Source: Myxococcota bacterium
GTDB taxonomy: Bacteria; Myxococcota_A; UBA796; UBA2385
Assembly (NCBI GenBank): GCA_036126975.1
Contig: JAYYRS010000489.1
Coordinates: 1-30,358 of the forward strand
Direction of reading: 5' to 3'
DNA: 30,358 nucleotides
The notes under the pieces are model-generated. The model was not told the DNA's origin and searched no databases. It saw only the letters and a list, made by a program, of their open reading frames with translations. How positions within the stretch are numbered: position 1 is the stretch's first letter; every line of letters begins with the position of its first letter. This document shows, piece by piece, positions 25,280 to 30,358 of the stretch. The position numbers were made by a program, and so were the translations under genes.

Positions 25280-26950
25280 ATGTCCCGTTGCCTGACCGCC
25301 TCGCTGGCGGCGCTGGGGGCCTGTGCCCCTGCCGACCGCCTCGAACCCGTCGCCCGATCCCCGCATGAACTGACCGCCCGTTTCGCTTCGTGCGAGTCGC
25401 CCGAGCCGTTTGCCGGTCGGTTCGTGGACAGCGCGTCGGCCCGTGGCATCACGCGACCGCTTCAGGCCACACCCACCGCTGCCTACTACCACGGGCCCCA
25501 GACGGGCGTCATCGCGGACGATATCGACCTCGATGGCGACATCGACCTGCTCTTCTGGGATGGGTCCCAGCAGCTCCACCTGTACTGGAATGACGGGCGC
25601 GGCGACTTCGAGGCGGGCACCCTCCCACCGCCTCCTGACCTCGGTCCCCATCACTTCCTCCGCGTCGCCGGCGCTGGCGACATTGATGGCGACGGCCGCC
25701 TCGACCTCGTCTGGGCGGGGGATGGCGTCGCCCTCTGGTCCATCAACGTGGGGGACCAGGCCTTCGCGCCCTGGCAGGTCGCGCTCGCCGACGACGAGGC
25801 CGTCCTCGCCGGGTATGCGAGCGCCGCCTTCGGCGATGTCGATGATGACGGAGACCTGGACGTCATGCTCGCCGGGCTCGACCAGCGCCCGGCTGGGGAA
25901 CCCCTGCCCAGTGCCGCGGAAGCCTGGACAGCCAGTCCCGATCGCCTGCTGGTCAACGAAGGTGGCCAACTGGTCGCCGGGCCCGTGCTGGTCCAGTCCG
26001 AGGGGCCCACCATGTCGCTCATCCAGACATTCACGGACCGCGACCTGGACGGCGATGCCGACCTCCTGAGCTGGGCCGACCGAGCCGATGCGATCGAAGG
26101 CTGCCCCGGCGCCGCCTTCTGGCGGAACGACGACGGAAATCTCGTCAATGACGCACCTTCGCTGGCTGCGGATACCCGCGCCAGCGCCATGGGGCTGGGC
26201 AGCGCAGACTTCAACCGGGACGGTCTTCTGGACTACTGCGTGACGGACATCGCCGACAGGCTCACCTGCTTGATGTCCGATGGACGCGGTGGCTACTACG
26301 AGGGCGCGGCCGCCATGGGGCTGACCCTCGACCGGGGCCAACACCCGGACTGGCGCCCGTCCGACGCGACGTGGTCGGTCTATGTCGGCTGGGGCCTCAC
26401 CATGGTCGACCTTGACAACGACGGGCTGGAGGATGCCGCCGCGACCGGCTCGATCGTCAGCACGCGCCTCGACCTCGACCAGCCTGATGTGGACAGCTTC
26501 CAACCGCATTGGCTGTGGCGCGGCACGTCGGCAGGCCAGTTCGAAACCGACCTCACGACCGGGTTCGAGTCCAGCACGCGATGGGCGTGGGGCATGGCCA
26601 GCGCCGACCTCGACGGAGATGGCTCACGAGAACTCATCACCGCTCCCGCTCACGGGCTCCCCGAGGTCTGGGACAACCCCTGTACCGCGGGCGCCGCCCT
26701 CGAGGTGGAGCTCGCGATGGAGGGGTCCAACCGACACGCCGTCGGAGCCACGGTCGCCGTCTCGGCCGGCGGGACCACGTGGCGGCAGCAGGTCGGGTCC
26801 GCAGCCGCCGGCGGCCAGAGCCCGGCTCGCCTCCACTTCGGGCTCGGAACGCAGGCCGCGGCAGCCACGGTGGAAGTGCTCTGGCCCGGCGGCGAACGCA
26901 CGGTCACCGCAGGTGTGCCTGCCAACAGCCGCGTGCGCATCCGGCCGTGA
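25280..26950 (+). CDS. CRTAC1/ASPIC-UnbV-like FG-GAP repeat lipoprotein
   Basis: Lipobox-like LGA-C; DIDLDGDIDL, GDIDGDGRLDL, MGLGSADFNRDGLLD, DLDNDG repeats; C-terminal AVGATV...RLHFGLG...VEVLWPGG. Confidence 0.88.
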   Translation: MSRCLTASLAALGACAPADRLEPVARSPHELTARFASCESPEPFAGRFVDSASARGITRPLQATPTAAYYHGPQTGVIADDIDLDGDIDLLFWDGSQQLHLYWNDGRGDFEAGTLPPPPDLGPHHFLRVAGAGDIDGDGRLDLVWAGDGVALWSINVGDQAFAPWQVALADDEAVLAGYASAAFGDVDDDGDLDVMLAGLDQRPAGEPLPSAAEAWTASPDRLLVNEGGQLVAGPVLVQSEGPTMSLIQTFTDRDLDGDADLLSWADRADAIEGCPGAAFWRNDDGNLVNDAPSLAADTRASAMGLGSADFNRDGLLDYCVTDIADRLTCLMSDGRGGYYEGAAAMGLTLDRGQHPDWRPSDATWSVYVGWGLTMVDLDNDGLEDAAATGSIVSTRLDLDQPDVDSFQPHWLWRGTSAGQFETDLTTGFESSTRWAWGMASADLDGDGSRELITAPAHGLPEVWDNPCTAGAALEVELAMEGSNRHAVGATVAVSAGGTTWRQQVGSAAAGGQSPARLHFGLGTQAAAATVEVLWPGGERTVTAGVPANSRVRIRP

Positions 26951-27019
26951 CGACCGGGGCTTGGCCCGCCCCAGACCCGCACGCCGGACCCACCGTAGGC
27001 CGGGCCGGCGGGCACGTTG

Positions 27020-27307
27020 CTACAGCACGACTTCCCAGAATGCGTCGCCATTGGACACATCCGGCGGCCCCTCCATGAGGGGGACGAGGTCCACCATCAC
27101 TTCCCGGAAGCGCCCCTGGACCGCGTTGAGATCCGCCTCCGTCTCGTACTCGGAGATGGCCACCGTCTCCGTATCGCTGACAGCGATCATCCGGACGTAG
27201 CGCAGTCCTTGAAAGCTGCGGATGACCTCTTCCTTGGACTTGAGCATGGTGACAATGGCCTGCCGGTTCTCGGCAGAGTGGCGGACGCGTGTGATTCGAT
27301 AATGCAT
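27020..27307 (-). CDS. Small protein (95 aa), ABM-like dimeric alpha/beta-barrel
   Basis: ATG 27307 with AAGGGG SD; beta-alpha-beta-beta-alpha-beta pattern with GLRYV, S.YET. Fold call is by eye. Confidence 0.65.
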   Translation of the reverse strand: MHYRITRVRHSAENRQAIVTMLKSKEEVIRSFQGLRYVRMIAVSDTETVAISEYETEADLNAVQGRFREVMVDLVPLMEGPPDVSNGDAFWEVVL

Positions 27308-27430
27308 GGCAGTGCACCCCTTCGTCTGGGTTTTGACGCGGCCGCATATCCGGAACAATGGTAGGCCTGCCGCGCCCGCCCCACCTATCGCGCCACGGCA
27401 CTGGGCTGCGCCCCTCCGGCGTGTTTCACG

Positions 27431-28339
27431 CTACGCCGAACCGGCCACCCCTGGCAGCCGCTTCGACATCCCCGGGACGTCCTCCCCGAGATGGAAGGTC
27501 CGATACAGCACGTCTGCGCCATCGACGATGGCGAACGTCGGCCGGGAGAAGCACCGGTTGGCATCGAACGCCGCGACCTCACCCGCAAAACCGATCTCAG
27601 CGGCCAGCCGGCCGGCCAGTTCGGAGGCGAAACGGACATTCGCCTCCAGACCGAATCCACAGCTGATCACACCGATGGCGTCGGGCCTCGATTCCCGGAT
27701 CTCCCGCATGCTCAACGGTCGCGAGTGGCTGCCGGGAGCGCCAATCGCACTGACGAATCCCGCAGCCGCAATCTGCTCCGGGACCCAGTGGCCCGGAGAA
27801 TACGGCGGGTCCACCCACTCGAGCAGCAGAACGCGTCGGCTCGAGCGCTCCGGTGCTACGGCATCCCACTGGGCCTTCCGACGGGCCCATGCGGCCTCAG
27901 CCGCCGCTTCCATCCCAACCAGCTCTGCGAGCGCAAAGAAGTCCGCCCGCACGCCCTCAAGGCTCTCCCCTTCGAAGGAGAGAATCCGGGTTCCTCGAGG
28001 CAGGCTGCACTGCACACCTCGCAGGCTCGCTTCGATCGTGTCCGGCGTCACGGCACAGACGTCGCACAGCCCCTGGGTGAGGATGAGGTCCGGCGACAAC
28101 GCGTCAATCAGGACGCCATCGACGGTGTACAGCGCCTCGCCGGCGGCTCGGGCCTCCGCGACCCGTGCATTGATCTCCCCCTGGGAGAGTCCTCCGGGGA
28201 TGATGCTTCCAGTCGCACGGGGCAGGTGAAGGACGGACGGAGGGGTGTCGCACTCATGCGAGATGGCACAGAGCATATCCGCGACACCGAGTTCCCCGGC
28301 GAGCTCGGTTGCTGAGGGCAGCAGGCTGACGATCTTCAT
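27431..28339 (-). CDS. BtuF/TroA-like 'cobalamin-binding protein', no signal peptide
   Basis: MKIVSLLPSATEL, SHECD, PDLILTQGLCDVCAV, LEWVDPP...GHWVPEQI, FSRP. GGAGAGGG SD. Confidence 0.85.
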   Translation of the reverse strand: MKIVSLLPSATELAGELGVADMLCAISHECDTPPSVLHLPRATGSIIPGGLSQGEINARVAEARAAGEALYTVDGVLIDALSPDLILTQGLCDVCAVTPDTIEASLRGVQCSLPRGTRILSFEGESLEGVRADFFALAELVGMEAAAEAAWARRKAQWDAVAPERSSRRVLLLEWVDPPYSPGHWVPEQIAAAGFVSAIGAPGSHSRPLSMREIRESRPDAIGVISCGFGLEANVRFASELAGRLAAEIGFAGEVAAFDANRCFSRPTFAIVDGADVLYRTFHLGEDVPGMSKRLPGVAGSA

Positions 28340-28393
28340 GACGCCCTCTCCGTTCCGGCCGTACGCGCTATCCGCCCGTGTCCCCCCAGCCAA

Positions 28394-28429
28394 GGCACCG
28401 GGTTCGGCGCTGCGCCGGTCACCGGTGCC
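28394..28429. terminator. Intergenic GC-rich hairpin (terminator or stabiliser; no U-tract)
   Basis: GGCACCGG (28394-28401)/CCGGTGCC (28422-28429) enclosing CGGCG/CGCCG; lies between the FG-GAP gene stop and the BtuF-like gene start. Confidence 0.35.
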
Positions 28430-28472
28430 GCCAGGGAAACCACGGCGGGCGAGCAGGGACTTCCGTGAGGGC

Positions 28473-30358
28473 CTACAGACCGCCCCCAAACAAGACGCCG
28501 AGCGCACCGGCTCCCGGTCCGGCCGAGTCGTCCCCTGGACTCCCCACGAGGAAGTCCTCCACGCCATCGCCATCCCAATCCTCTACACCGATCACGGATG
28601 TGCCTGTTTCATCTCCCGCGGCCACGCCGAGGATGCGGGCCTCGGCTGACCCGAGGGAGACCGAGCCGCTGACCGGCCCGGTGACCAACCATGCGGCGCC
28701 CGCGCCAGCACCCCCGGTTGCGTGATCGGGTCCGCCGACCACGAAGTCGCCGAAACCGTCGACATTCACGTCGCCGACCGCGCTGATGTCATACCCGGCG
28801 AGGTCACCCGCTGCCTGTCCGGACACGCGGAGTGCATCGCTCCCGAGATCGACGGTGGCGGAGAGCGTGGCGTCGCCCTGGAGCACGTACACGGCGCCGG
28901 CGAGGGTGCCCGCGCTGTCATCAAGCGGGGCCCCGATCAACAGGTCATCCAACCCGTCTCCGTTGATGTCGCCACCGCCGACCACGGCCCACCCCGCCGT
29001 ATCGCCGGCGGCCGCTCCGTTCGCCTTGATGTCTGCATCGGCGACCGAGACGCTTCCCGCAACCGACCCCGTGAAGATGTACGCCGCTCCCGCATCGACG
29101 CCGCCGCCATCCTGCCCTGGTGCGCCGATCACGAAGTCGCGTGTTCCGTCGCCGGTCAGGTCGCCACCGAGTGCGACAGAGAATCCAGCCTCGTCTCCTG
29201 CGGCCTCCCCTTCCGCGGTGACGCTCGCGGCCGTCGCGACTCCCACGTCCGCTGTCAGGGGACCCAGTGCGATGTAGGCGATGCCTGCGCCGGTGGCCGC
29301 CGAGCTGCTGTCCGCTGCGCCAAGCAGCAGCGCATCGGTCCCCACGCCCGCGTAGTCGCCGAGCACCGCGATGCTTGAACCCAGACCGTCGCCCGTCAGC
29401 TCACCGCTCAACCGGGCGTCGTAGCTCGAGAGGTCCTGGCTGGACGTCACCGGGCCGTAGACGACGTACAGCGCGCCGTCGTCGGTGCTGCCGTCAGCCG
29501 GTACACCCAGCAACAGGTCCGCCTGCCCGTCTCCATCGACATCTCCAGAGCGAGCCATGGTCCCCACGGCCTGGTTCGCCTCGGAGCCCCGGACCGACGT
29601 CTTCGTGCTCAGCGATTCCAGCACGGTCGTCGGGCCGGCCAACAGATACACCGCACCGACGTCCGACAGCGTACTGGAATCAACGCCCGGAGCTCCGACC
29701 GCGACATCGTTGTTCCCATCGCCATCAAGGTCACCCAGAAGCGCCAGATGGGTCGCAGCAGCATCGCCACTGGCGGCACCGTGCCACCGGCCATCTTCTC
29801 CGCCATTCAGGGTGATGTCACCGGTGATCTCGCATGGGTCGGCGCTTCCGTCGCAGTTGTTGTCGATTCCATCCGAGCAGACTTCGTCCTCGGCGGGACT
29901 GATCGAGGGCGTTGTGTCATCGCAATCCGTGGCATCCAGCACGTAGGTCGCCCCCGAGGGCTCATCACAGGCGGCCATCGGACTGCCACTCTCGTCTCCG
30001 TAGCCGTCGCCATCGGAGTCCAGGTACCAGGACGAATGGGTGCTGGTGTCCACTCCGGGGTCATCGTCATCGGCGAGACCTGTGCAGTCCTCATCGAGGT
30101 CGCTGGCGTCACAGACCTCCGTCGCGCCGGGGTTGCGGGCTGCATTGGAGTCATCGCAGTCATCGATCGGGTCGGTGGCGAGGGCCTCTCCACTGTCATC
30201 GCAGTCGGCATCCGTGCTCACGACCTGCGCCGATGCATTGGGTCGATAGCCATCATCATCGGCGTCGCGGTAGCAGTTCTCGCGTCCATTGCAGTTGGAG
30301 TCGACCCCATCTCCCACGGTCTCGGAGGCCGCCGGGTTGGTGGTTGCCTCCGAGTCGT
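28473..30358 (-). CDS. Large exported protein with MopE-like putative metal-binding repeats and integrin-alpha FG-GAP repeats; partial, 5' end beyond window
   Basis: Frame is open to the window edge. DCDD...NP.A.EVC..G.D..C motifs; GDLDGDG..D..VGAP repeats; C-terminal LFGG. Confidence 0.9.
   Translation of the reverse strand, partial: DSEATTNPAASETVGDGVDSNCNGRENCYRDADDDGYRPNASAQVVSTDADCDDSGEALATDPIDDCDDSNAARNPGATEVCDASDLDEDCTGLADDDDPGVDTSTHSSWYLDSDGDGYGDESGSPMAACDEPSGATYVLDATDCDDTTPSISPAEDEVCSDGIDNNCDGSADPCEITGDITLNGGEDGRWHGAASGDAAATHLALLGDLDGDGNNDVAVGAPGVDSSTLSDVGAVYLLAGPTTVLESLSTKTSVRGSEANQAVGTMARSGDVDGDGQADLLLGVPADGSTDDGALYVVYGPVTSSQDLSSYDARLSGELTGDGLGSSIAVLGDYAGVGTDALLLGAADSSSAATGAGIAYIALGPLTADVGVATAASVTAEGEAAGDEAGFSVALGGDLTGDGTRDFVIGAPGQDGGGVDAGAAYIFTGSVAGSVSVADADIKANGAAAGDTAGWAVVGGGDINGDGLDDLLIGAPLDDSAGTLAGAVYVLQGDATLSATVDLGSDALRVSGQAAGDLAGYDISAVGDVNVDGFGDFVVGGPDHATGGAGAGAAWLVTGPVSGSVSLGSAEARILGVAAGDETGTSVIGVEDWDGDGVEDFLVGSPGDDSAGPGAGALGVLFGGGL

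Noticed and set aside
28340-28472. Cobalamin riboswitch upstream of the BtuF-like gene
   Set aside because: Only a plain GC hairpin; the conserved boxes are absent.
1-30358. Mobile elements, CRISPR arrays, rRNA or tRNA genes
   Set aside because: No transposase, integrase, terminal inverted repeats, repeat-spacer arrays or structural RNA signatures were recognised.

Overview
A GC-rich bacterial window; the secreted FG-GAP/MopE-type proteins suggest a Myxococcota-like lineage (inference only). The core (4868-17768, +) is a tightly coupled, cobalamin-riboswitch-led operon for the early-cobalt-insertion corrin pathway: cbiA-cbiD-cbiC-cbiET-cbiL-cbiF-cbiH-cbiG-cbiX(+2Fe-2S ferredoxin)-DUF3209-like-FNR-like-cobA-ChuX/HutX-like-cobA-like. 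No cbiJ/cobK is present in the window. Further right are a cbiMN-fusion/COG0523/WD40 module, a signal-peptide-less BtuF-like protein and several secreted lipoproteins or beta-propeller proteins. Best novel candidate: the gene divergent from the riboswitch (3201-4229, -) fuses a ChuX/HutX-like domain to a two-motif LAGLIDADG-like domain whose catalytic aspartate positions are K and C. A stand-alone paralog of the ChuX-like domain sits inside the operon beside a SUMT paralog with substituted catalytic motifs. This suggests a tetrapyrrole-sensing regulator built from a domesticated homing endonuclease. Also notable: a probable selenoprotein lipoprotein (UxxC with a SECIS-like hairpin) that the ORF track splits in two, and two mini-ORFs that bridge the only large gaps in the operon. 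All family calls come from motif recognition by eye, not database searches.
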